Source of the DNA: a virus
IMG/VR virus record: IMGVR_UViG_3300005534_000011
Coordinates: 1 to 64,000 of that record
Direction: 5' to 3' (one strand)
Length of the DNA: 64,000 nucleotides
A program made the position numbers and the translations under genes. The notes beneath the pieces are model-generated. The model made no database searches and was not told the origin of the DNA. It was given only the letters and a program-made list of their open reading frames with translations. Position 1 is the stretch's first letter. Every line of letters starts with the position of its first letter. This document shows, one piece after another, positions 38,392-46,103 of this stretch.

Positions 38392-38610
38392 ATGAAACTT
38401 ACACCATTGCAAGCAAGTAAGAAAATCCGCGAACATCTGAATCAAGGTAACGGCATATACATTGATGGTCGTTACTATGATGTCAGGGTACATGCTGGAA
38501 TGTTGCAGGTTTCCGACTTTCGAAGCTGGTTTGTTGTGCAACCCGGTGCCGAGTTCCGTAACAGCCACGGTCGTACACTCTTCACCTATGAACCGATAGA
38601 AGGGGCTTGA
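38392..38610 (+). CDS. hypothetical protein
   Basis: TTGACG..CATACT promoter; AGGAG RBS. Confidence 0.6.
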   Translation: MKLTPLQASKKIREHLNQGNGIYIDGRYYDVRVHAGMLQVSDFRSWFVVQPGAEFRNSHGRTLFTYEPIEGA

Positions 38611-38611
38611 C

Positions 38612-38818
38612 ATGGCGAACCAAATCACCGCTATGCAAACTCAAGTTGATGAGCTTACAACCCGCATCAACTTAGCTGATGACAGCTTGCAATCATTCCG
38701 GGCGTATCTGTCAAGTCCGAAATTCACCGGGGACAGTGAGTTACAAGGTTACATATCAATTCAAGATGTTGAACACCATCTAGCCGCTATCTGGCGGGAG
38801 TTACACGGTTTGAATTGA
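38612..38818 (+). CDS. hypothetical protein
   Basis: YL.SPKF...GYI...DV motif. Confidence 0.55.
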   Translation: MANQITAMQTQVDELTTRINLADDSLQSFRAYLSSPKFTGDSELQGYISIQDVEHHLAAIWRELHGLN

Positions 38819-38934
38819 TCCAAGCCCCTGATTCTAGGGGCTTTTTATTGTCCAAAAATATTTGTATCAAATGCTTGCATTACATCAAATAGCTGTTAGA
38901 ATGAACTCACACCAACCGAAACAGGAATTCGAAA

Positions 38935-39147
38935 ATGGTCATGAAACTGGAACAAATAACCGAAGCTCTGAAAAACAAACATTTGGAAACTGTCAAGAAG
39001 GAACTATGTCGGTATGGTGATATCTTGGATGTGCAGGACTGGGAAGACCACCACGGGGCACATCGTTGTTATACCATTCAATACCAAAATGCAAGTTTCG
39101 ATATATCTATGTTGAACGGTGCAACCATCAATATCAAACAGGGTTGA
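38935..39147 (+). CDS. hypothetical protein
   Basis: Cassette head at 38861. Confidence 0.55.
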   Translation: MVMKLEQITEALKNKHLETVKKELCRYGDILDVQDWEDHHGAHRCYTIQYQNASFDISMLNGATINIKQG

Positions 39148-39151
39148 ACAT

Positions 39152-39328
39152 ATGAAATTTCAAGACACCTTTACAGACCGGCTGACCGGACAAAAGTTTA
39201 CGGTTGAAATTGAAATCAACCAAGGCGAAGTGTCGAAATTGTTAGCCGCTAGGGCATGGGGCAGCAAGTCCGGGAAAAGTCAAGCCCTGAATGGTGATAT
39301 CAAATGCAAAATTATTAAACGTGAATAG
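39152..39328 (+). CDS. hypothetical protein
   Basis: Ends at the next cassette head. Confidence 0.5.
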   Translation: MKFQDTFTDRLTGQKFTVEIEINQGEVSKLLAARAWGSKSGKSQALNGDIKCKIIKRE

Positions 39329-39403
39329 CATCAAATAGGGGTTGCATTTGATGCAACCCCTGCTATACTAACCCCATACCAACCAAATCGAGTAAACATC
39401 ATG
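39328..39403 (+). promoter_or_regulatory. palindromic cassette promoter (perfect 11-bp arms)
   Basis: AGGGGTTGCAT-TTG-ATGCAACCCCT, TGC-TATACT. Confidence 0.85.
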
Positions 39404-39646
39404 GCACGTCAAACCCGCTACACCGTACAGGCACTACGCGCAGATATCAAAGAATTGAACGAGACTTTGAAGGCAACCGGGTACTATCTGGGGGTTGAAT
39501 GCCGCAACGGTTACACCGGGTTGGACGAATACCGGGTTAGTACAGACCCGGCTAAGCGTGATACTTGCGTTCGCAATATCGAATGTGGGTCGCCCCGCGA
39601 TTGTTGGGAAGCGGCTCGCCTGTATACCCCACGCGATAACAGCTAA
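39401..39646 (+). CDS. hypothetical protein (single-gene cassette)
   Basis: RNGYTGLD motif. Confidence 0.6.
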   Translation: MARQTRYTVQALRADIKELNETLKATGYYLGVECRNGYTGLDEYRVSTDPAKRDTCVRNIECGSPRDCWEAARLYTPRDNS

Positions 39647-39726
39647 AATAGTTTGATAAAGGGTTTACATTTGATGTAAACCCTTGCTAGAATCTAATCA
39701 CACCAACCGCTTTAGGAGCTTTCAAA

Positions 39727-40017
39727 ATGAAAAATCTGATTCTTGGTATCGCACTGGTAACCGCATCCTTCGCCGCTGTTGCGGATGGTCAACAAAAATG
39801 CGCAGAATTGGTTCACACCAGAACTCTGGCCCCAATCTCCGAATTCTCCGACGCAACCGCCGCCACTCCTTATTACACCGTGGCTCGCCAAAAAGGCGGT
39901 TCGACCACTACCTATCAATGTGATGGGATGGGTAACTATCGGCAGTTGATGGATTACGGGTGGTCCATCTGGCGCACCGGTAACGAATGGAACGCTGTTC
40001 ACTGGATGCAGGGTTGA
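39727..40017 (+). CDS. secreted hypothetical protein (single-gene cassette)
   Basis: Sec signal peptide; AGGAG RBS. Confidence 0.6.
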   Translation: MKNLILGIALVTASFAAVADGQQKCAELVHTRTLAPISEFSDATAATPYYTVARQKGGSTTTYQCDGMGNYRQLMDYGWSIWRTGNEWNAVHWMQG

Positions 40018-40087
40018 TAAAAAGGGGTTGCAATTTGATGTAACCCCTAGTAAACTGCAATCACACCAACCGATAGAGGGTCCGAAC

Positions 40088-40354
40088 ATGTCTTACATCG
40101 TCGCCAAAGCAGCAAAGGCCCTCCTAGACAAAGCTCTGGATGAGGCGTCGGCGGAACTTCGACAATTCGATCAGTTCAAGGGTGCAATGGGCATGACCCC
40201 GGACCATATCAAAGCTACCCCGGAGTTTCGGAAAGCAAAACATGCATTTGATGTAGCTTTTCAGACTTCCCGGAATTTTAACGGGGACTTTAACAAACGG
40301 TACAAAAAAGAAATTGCCGCCGACCGTCGCGCACGCTACAATCAATCCATTTAA
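40088..40354 (+). CDS. hypothetical protein
   Basis: G.MG.TPD.IK..PEFR.AK ... R.FN motif. Confidence 0.65.
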   Translation: MSYIVAKAAKALLDKALDEASAELRQFDQFKGAMGMTPDHIKATPEFRKAKHAFDVAFQTSRNFNGDFNKRYKKEIAADRRARYNQSI

Positions 40355-40366
40355 GGAGTTACAACC

Positions 40367-40684
40367 ATGTCCGAATTGATCAAAGAACTATCCGCCGCTC
40401 TGGACTTCGCCACCGAAGTTTTGAATACGGCACCCCCGCAAATCTGTCAGGTCAAACTGACCGCCGAACCGGGTAAGGTTTGGATTCGTCTGGTGTATAC
40501 CGAATTGAACCGGGACGGAACTGTAAGCGACCGTAGCCGCTGCTGGGGGTTCATGGATGCAGACGGCAACCTCTGGAAGTCGGCAGGCTGGAAGGCCCCA
40601 GCCAAAAACAAACCACGCGGAACACTGGCGGATTTGCACGACCCCAAGAAGGTCGAAAGCTGGCGGTATGGTGGTGTGCAATAA
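40367..40684 (+). CDS. hypothetical protein
   Basis: G.L.K.A.WKAPAK..RG phage motif; AAGGAG RBS. Confidence 0.65.
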   Translation: MSELIKELSAALDFATEVLNTAPPQICQVKLTAEPGKVWIRLVYTELNRDGTVSDRSRCWGFMDADGNLWKSAGWKAPAKNKPRGTLADLHDPKKVESWRYGGVQ

Positions 40685-40824
40685 CCGAAATTGATGAAAA
40701 GCCCCTAGAATCAGGGGCTTTTTGTTGTCCAAAAATATTTGCATCAAATGCTTGACCGGCCCTCAAATTGATGTAAACTAACCATATCGAAAGGCAAAAC
40801 GCCTTTTCCAAGGGAGTCAAGACC

Positions 40825-41646
40825 ATGGCAGTAGTAGATAGCAAAGACCTGTACACCTTCATATCGACCGGCGACAAAGTGGCTATGTACACCCTGCGGG
40901 TTATGTGTCTGTGCCGGGTTCAGGTGGGTGATTCCGCATTCAATGAAATGCGTGACTATTACATTCAAAACCTGTCGAACGACAAGGCAACCGCCGAAGC
41001 GAAAGCGGCTGAAATGTCCGGCCTGATGAATCTGGAATTTAAAGGGAACGCGGATTTTGAATTGAATGAAATCCGTCGAATCCGTGACGAAATGGCATCC
41101 GAAAAACGTGAAGCGGCAGAACGGGCGCATCAAGAGCGTATCGCCGAATGGGCGGCAGAACGCGCAGAACAGATTCAAGCTGGTGTGTTCATCATGGGTA
41201 AACATACCGGTAAAACCGCCGCCGAAGTCGCTGTAGAGGATTTGGGGTATCTGTTCTGGCTGGCCGGTGAAGTGGAAGCAAACGGCAAACTAGGGATTTG
41301 TGCGAAAATCGCCGCTAATTACATCCAGTTGACCGGGGTTGAACTCCCCGGCTACATCGGTGAAGTTGATCAACCAATTGAAGTAACCGCAACCCTGAAG
41401 CGTGTGTTTTGGACCCAATCCCAATACCCTACATTGATGCACATTGCAACTACCGTACAGGGTAACGAGATTGTGTTTTTCAGCGTTGCTCAGGGCTTCA
41501 AGGAAATTGAAATCGGCCAGACCTTCACCATCACCGGCACCGTTAAAGAACAGAGAGAAGGCTGGGGCGGTACTAAACAGACTGTTATCGGCAAACCTAA
41601 GCTCCCTAAGCCAGCCAAAGCGGCAAAGGTTAAGAAGGTGGTTTGA
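40825..41646 (+). CDS. putative nucleic-acid-binding protein (GKH.G...YL.W module plus OB-like C-terminus)
   Basis: MGKHTGKT..EVA..D.GYLFW; G.TF.I.GTVKE..E..G.KQT.I. Confidence 0.55.
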   Translation: MAVVDSKDLYTFISTGDKVAMYTLRVMCLCRVQVGDSAFNEMRDYYIQNLSNDKATAEAKAAEMSGLMNLEFKGNADFELNEIRRIRDEMASEKREAAERAHQERIAEWAAERAEQIQAGVFIMGKHTGKTAAEVAVEDLGYLFWLAGEVEANGKLGICAKIAANYIQLTGVELPGYIGEVDQPIEVTATLKRVFWTQSQYPTLMHIATTVQGNEIVFFSVAQGFKEIEIGQTFTITGTVKEQREGWGGTKQTVIGKPKLPKPAKAAKVKKVV

Positions 41647-41677
41647 CAGGACATCAAAGCGGGTCTAAGGTGGTGTT

Positions 41678-41767
41678 AAGCGTACACGGATGTATGCGGT
41701 TGTTGGGCGTCCACTCCCAACCGCCAGCCCCTTGCCCGCAAGTCTAAAAGCTTCGCGGGCATTTTTA
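41678..41767 (+). ncRNA. candidate ~90-nt small RNA with a CsrA/RsmA-type GGA hairpin
   Basis: TTGACA-N17-TAAGGT promoter; hairpin GCGTACA-CGGA-TGTATGC; second hairpin; terminator GCCCGC..GCGGGC-ATTTTT. Confidence 0.5.
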
Positions 41768-41953
41768 TGTCAATTTTTAGAGTATCGAAATGAAATATCA
41801 TCAAAATTTGATGTTGCATTGCATCAAAACCTATGGCAAAATGATAGTAATCGGAGCATATACCCCATTTCTGGCGGTCATGATCTGGTCTGAAATCAAA
41901 AACATTTTGGGTTGATTTTAAAAAGGAGTTTGATAGAATAGGAAGGGTAAGAC

Positions 41954-42313
41954 ATGAAAGCCAAGAATTTGATACATGAATTGATTCCAGCGGAAAAACG
42001 GCTGGCTAAGATTGATGAAATCGACCGGGAGTTAGAGCGGCGGTTAGCAGCTCAGGAAATCACCCTTGTCGAGTATTTCGAAACCAAACAACCCTTGACA
42101 GTCAAGCGGTTTAAAGAGTTTCGGTTAGTTGCACGGGCTCGCGGTTGGAACCTGAGCGAAAACCTTGATGTACCCGAGGTGTCAGAAGCTCTAGAAGAAC
42201 CCGAGGTGTTAGAGGTTCTGGAACCAGCCAAGCCGGTGCCCATTCGTCAAAGGCTGTTAGGCTTCTTGATTGTATTACTGATGATGTGTGCTGTTTCGTG
42301 GGTTTGGCGGTGA
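41954..42313 (+). CDS. C-terminally anchored membrane protein
   Basis: PEV.E.LE repeat and a C-terminal TM. Confidence 0.55.
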   Translation: MKAKNLIHELIPAEKRLAKIDEIDRELERRLAAQEITLVEYFETKQPLTVKRFKEFRLVARARGWNLSENLDVPEVSEALEEPEVLEVLEPAKPVPIRQRLLGFLIVLLMMCAVSWVWR

Positions 42314-42392
42314 TACATCAAACCCAAAAATGATGCAAAAGTGCTTTACAACCCAACTGGGTTTGATATAATCAACCTACTTACTTAAAAGG

Positions 42393-42917
42393 ATGTACAT
42401 CATGACCAAATCGACCGCTACCCAAGCCGCCAAACCAGCTAAAGCCAAAACCACTGCTGTGTCGGCACCCAATCTAACAACCGTGGGTCCGGTTGTGGAC
42501 AAGACCCCGCCGAAGCGTGTACGCAAGCCAGCCGCACCCAAGGCGGTCCCAACCACACCGGTTCAAGTTGCCCCAGTTGTTCCTGTAACGCCTGTAGCAC
42601 CTGTGATCGTTATCCCGGTCAAAACCGGTGCAGGCCGTCCAATCTCGGCAGAAGCCGCGAAAGTTCGTCGTCGGGTGGTGGGTGTGTGGTTCAAACTGGT
42701 CGCGGCTGGTGAAACCGAGGTGACGGTTAAGGCAACCGCCAAAATTGTCAAGCTCAAAAAGGTCACTGTATCCAACACTATCCGTTGGGCTGAATCGGTT
42801 GGACTCATTACCCGAATCGGTTACAAGTTGAAAGCCGGTCCCGGTCGTAAAGAAGTGTTCTATACCGTCAACCCGGCCAAGCTGACCGAAATGGTAGCGA
42901 TTCCAGAGGCGGCGTGA
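42393..42917 (+). CDS. winged-helix DNA-binding protein with Pro/Lys/Ala-rich N-terminus
   Basis: VTVKATAKIVK...VSNTIRWAESVGLITR...GPGRKEVFY; resembles 25088. Confidence 0.6.
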   Translation: MYIMTKSTATQAAKPAKAKTTAVSAPNLTTVGPVVDKTPPKRVRKPAAPKAVPTTPVQVAPVVPVTPVAPVIVIPVKTGAGRPISAEAAKVRRRVVGVWFKLVAAGETEVTVKATAKIVKLKKVTVSNTIRWAESVGLITRIGYKLKAGPGRKEVFYTVNPAKLTEMVAIPEAA

Positions 42918-43134
42918 TGTTCTGTCGCATTTGTGGGGCTCGCCTGTACGTGAAGGGGGTTTGCACCATCTTTTGCCCTAACCGTAAGTGTGGGGTTGGA
43001 CCACCCTTTACATAAGACACCTGAAACCAAATCAAAGCCCCTTAACCGGGGTTTTTTGTTGTCTGTAGAAAAGTGGTTGACCTAGTGACAGATTCGTGTA
43101 TAGTGCCGCCCATTCTGTTTTGAATAGGTGACCC

Positions 43135-43788
43135 ATGAATCAAAATACAATCCTAGACCTGTTCCGACATCATCAGGACCGCAACCTAACCGATTACAGG
43201 GCGCTCAAGTTGGCTTTCTGGTATGACATGCAACAAGCCGGGGCCGAGCTGTTAGGGGCCGGATGGTATAGCACGGTGTGGGCAATTGGTGGGCGAGTGT
43301 ACAAGATCAATTCGGGATCGAACGGCGGGCGTGATGGGTTTGTGCATTGGGTTGATGGTATCCGTGGGTTTGATTCCAACCCCCACTTGCCTAGGGTTGG
43401 TTCAATCGCTGTGGATTATGAGAGGTATTGCATCGAATTAGAGCCCCTGACCCCTTTGCAGCCTAGCGACTTCGAATTGATGGGGTTTGCTGGATTTGAT
43501 ACAACTGTTAAAGGGCTGGCTGATTATGTCCGGGGATTGCCTGATTTGGTCGAGGCTATCGAGCTGGCGTATGGGATCGTACAACGGGTGAACCCCGAAC
43601 ATGACTATGGCCCTAACCCTGATTTGTTCTGTAAGCTGTCGTCTATTGACTTTTCGAACGGTTCACGGTTCCCTAATTTGATGAAACGCGGGGATACACT
43701 GGTACTTAACGATCCGGTTGCCTATAGTGCTGAATCAATCGAGCCCTATAACATCAAATTGCGTCAAAGTCTAGGTCTAGCGGCCTGA
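43135..43788 (+). CDS. Ser/Thr protein kinase-like (T7 gp0.7-like)
   Basis: LGAGWYSTV, VYKI, NPHLP, NLMKRG..LVLNDP; own promoter TTGACC-N17-TATAGT. Confidence 0.65.
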   Translation: MNQNTILDLFRHHQDRNLTDYRALKLAFWYDMQQAGAELLGAGWYSTVWAIGGRVYKINSGSNGGRDGFVHWVDGIRGFDSNPHLPRVGSIAVDYERYCIELEPLTPLQPSDFELMGFAGFDTTVKGLADYVRGLPDLVEAIELAYGIVQRVNPEHDYGPNPDLFCKLSSIDFSNGSRFPNLMKRGDTLVLNDPVAYSAESIEPYNIKLRQSLGLAA

Positions 43789-43893
43789 TCTTTATTTGAT
43801 GAAACCTATTGACCCCGGTGAAAGCTGGGGTTATAATTTGATCATGAAGTAGCGGGGTTGTGAACCCGGAGATAATCAAGGAGGGTGGACGTC

Positions 43894-43934
43894 ATTTGAG
43901 TTGGCATGATTTTTGACTTGCGAGATTCATGCCA
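43894..43934. promoter_or_regulatory. convergent pair of sigma54-like boxes
   Basis: + TGGCATG-ATTT-TTGA; - TGGCATG-AATC-TCGCA; shares ATTTGAGTTGGCA with 33651. Confidence 0.35.
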
Positions 43935-44139
43935 GTTTTCTCGAAAATATTTTCAAAAATCGTGAAAATAGTGGTTGACACGGATCTTGGGGTATGCTAT
44001 TCTGAGGGGTTGACCCGACGCCCCCTTCTGAAAATTTTTCCGCCCTCCCCTCTCGATTTTTGCGTTTTTCGAGAATTTTTCTCATTTGGATGTTTTCAGG
44101 CCCCCTTCTGATGGAATTCTGTTCAATCCTATGAATTTT

Positions 44140-44480
44140 CTTCTATATAGTAGCTGCCCTTCGGGTCACATCCGCAAAGCGTCTGTGATTTGTGATAGAA
44201 TTGATTTGTACTATATAGAAAGGATTAGAAATACAGGCGAGCCGTAGGCGAGTCTGTATCCCCGAAGGGGTGGTAGGAGGCTTGGAAGGGTTTGTATTAT
44301 ATATTCGGTTTGGCAGAATTAGTTCTAGGGTATCACACTTTTCAGGAATTCTAAACACCTTGGCAAAAAACTCGACCGGAAACTACCTCGACGGATACTT
44401 GCTCGACCGAAAAAGACCACCACCGGCAAAAAGCTCGACCGATTCTGTTTAGATTCTGAGTCGGTGCCTATATAGTAGCT
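44140..44480. other. structured non-coding region, possible replication origin
   Basis: 4x CTCGAC(C)G, 2x CTATATAGTAGCT, hairpins ATACAG..GCC-GTA-GGC..CTGTAT and CCCC-GAA-GGGG. Confidence 0.35.
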
Positions 44481-44518
44481 ACTCAACCACACCGGAACGG
44501 GTTCAAAATAAAATCATC

Positions 44519-44554
44519 GATTCTGTTTAGAATGACCTGAAACCGTGCAATAAT
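44519..44554 (+). promoter_or_regulatory. early promoter, GATTCTGTTTAGA class (second copy at 44441-44476)
   Basis: GATTCTG-TTTAGA-N17-AATAAT. Confidence 0.65.
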
Positions 44555-44595
44555 AGCTCCACTGAAACAAACAAACCCAAACAAACATTGTGAGA

Positions 44596-45282
44596 ATGAA
44601 ATTGAGCGCGATTAAACAACTGAAAGCCCAAGCAACCACCCAAAACGCAGCCACTCCAGTAGTGGACCTGAGCATCCGCCACCTGCTCGCCAAGGCGCTG
44701 ACCGATTCCGGTAAGTTCGAGGCAGTGAACTCGAAGATGGATAGCCGTCGCGCTTCCCTGTCGATGAAAATCCGTGGTGCCCGTTCCGTTCGTAACTCCG
44801 AAACTCTGGTAGCAATCGCCGCCAAGGCTGGTTTGACCATCCAAGCCCGTCTGACCTCTTCGGATTATTCCGAAACCACTTTCAAAATCGAACAACTGGT
44901 GATTACCAGCGATCTGAAAGCCGCTGCACCGGTCAAGACCCCAACCACCAACGCACTGGTAGCCGGTCTGGCGCTGGGCTCGGTTTATAACGGTTCGGTT
45001 TCGGTTACTCTGGCCGGTGTGTCCCTCGGTTATGTTTCGCAAGAAGTTGCCAACCGAATCAAAGCTCTGGTTGCCGAAGATCAGAAACCAAAAGATCAAT
45101 CGGTTACTCTGGTGAATCTGAACACCAACAAACCGGAAAACGTCATGCTGCCAAATGCCGTGGCCGGTGCCATCAAAGGCAAGGTGCCGAGTTACAATGC
45201 CGGTGAATGGTCGGTGAAAGCCACCGCTGGTATCGTTATTGTTCGACACTCGAAGACCAACGGTCACTGGGTTTCGATCTAA
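44596..45282 (+). CDS. hypothetical protein, probably highly expressed
   Basis: Strong codon bias, tandem promoters, AAAC-repeat leader, own terminator. Confidence 0.7.
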   Translation: MKLSAIKQLKAQATTQNAATPVVDLSIRHLLAKALTDSGKFEAVNSKMDSRRASLSMKIRGARSVRNSETLVAIAAKAGLTIQARLTSSDYSETTFKIEQLVITSDLKAAAPVKTPTTNALVAGLALGSVYNGSVSVTLAGVSLGYVSQEVANRIKALVAEDQKPKDQSVTLVNLNTNKPENVMLPNAVAGAIKGKVPSYNAGEWSVKATAGIVIVRHSKTNGHWVSI

Positions 45283-45333
45283 TCGAAATTGATTCAATAA
45301 GGGGGCGAAAGCCTCCTTTTCTTTTAGAGGTAT

Positions 45334-45807
45334 ATGATGCAATACAAAACTGTTTACGGCAACCTGTTTGATTTTATGAAATCAGGTGATGCCATGATGC
45401 ACGGTTGCAATGACCAAGGTGTGATGGGTTCGGGTATTGCGTTGGAAGTGAAGACCCGATATCCCGGTGCCTATGCCACGTATCGACACGCCTATGAAAA
45501 TGGTGGGTTGGTATTGGGTGATATCATCCCACATTTTGATAAATCTGGTGTGATCATATTGAATGCCATAACTCAAAATTTCTATGGCAAAGATGGAAAA
45601 CGATACGTCAAATATGATGCAGTAGCCGAATGCTGCCGTCAAATCCGTGGCGCGTTCAAAATCATGCTAGAACCACCAAAAACCCTCTATTTTCCATTGA
45701 TTGGTGCTGGATTGGGTGGTGGTAGTTGGGCTGTCATTTCTGAAATCATCAAATCCGAATTTGATGGAATGGATGGGACCGATTTTGTTCTGGTGGTGTA
45801 TAAATGA
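45334..45807 (+). CDS. macro domain (ADP-ribose processing) protein, T4 Tk.4-like
   Basis: GNLF, HGCN..G.MGSGIA, NAITQ and FPLIGAGLGGG.W. Confidence 0.9.
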   Translation: MMQYKTVYGNLFDFMKSGDAMMHGCNDQGVMGSGIALEVKTRYPGAYATYRHAYENGGLVLGDIIPHFDKSGVIILNAITQNFYGKDGKRYVKYDAVAECCRQIRGAFKIMLEPPKTLYFPLIGAGLGGGSWAVISEIIKSEFDGMDGTDFVLVVYK

Positions 45808-46103
45808 TTACCGATTTGATGTATAGGGTAAAAGAGCTGACCGAAACCGTTACCAAATTGCAAGCTGAAATCAAGGAATTGCAGGATGTCACCGGTGTGA
45901 CCTTCACCAGATGGAAAGCTGCAAGAAAAGAACAGAATTTGCTTTACATCCAAAACAGAATTGAATATCATCGTTCCCAAGGTGAAGGGCTGATGGGTGC
46001 CAATAAGCTGGCATTTCAAGACCTGAAAGACCTTCATCAAAAGGAACTATTTGATCAGTTTGTAACCGATCAATCTAAAAAATCTGAGGATTGTGGGAAA
46101 TGA
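45804..46103 (+). CDS. hypothetical coiled-coil protein
   Basis: ATGA coupling. Confidence 0.5.
   Translation: MITDLMYRVKELTETVTKLQAEIKELQDVTGVTFTRWKAARKEQNLLYIQNRIEYHRSQGEGLMGANKLAFQDLKDLHQKELFDQFVTDQSKKSEDCGK

Larger units (their letters stand above)
24440..43840 (+). repeat. array of ~30 repeated promoter/hairpin cassette heads interspersed with small ORFs
   Basis: Recurrent TTTGATGYA/TRCATCAAA boxes, TTGCAT/TTGACA-N16-17-TATACT/TAGAAT/TATAAT, and a CACACCAACC(AAATC) leader before the RBS. Confidence 0.85.

Noticed and set aside
29779-40090. Repeats with unique intervening DNA read as a CRISPR array
   Set aside because: The intervals are hundreds of bases long and contain whole ORFs, the repeats are degenerate promoters, and no cas genes are present.
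41690-41893. 67-aa ORF in the track
   Set aside because: It runs through a strong terminator and its start codon is buried in a hairpin; the sRNA reading is preferred.
24440-43840. Integron with attC sites
   Set aside because: No tyrosine recombinase in the window, no consistent RYYYAAC...GTTRRRY ends, and the cassettes carry their own promoters.
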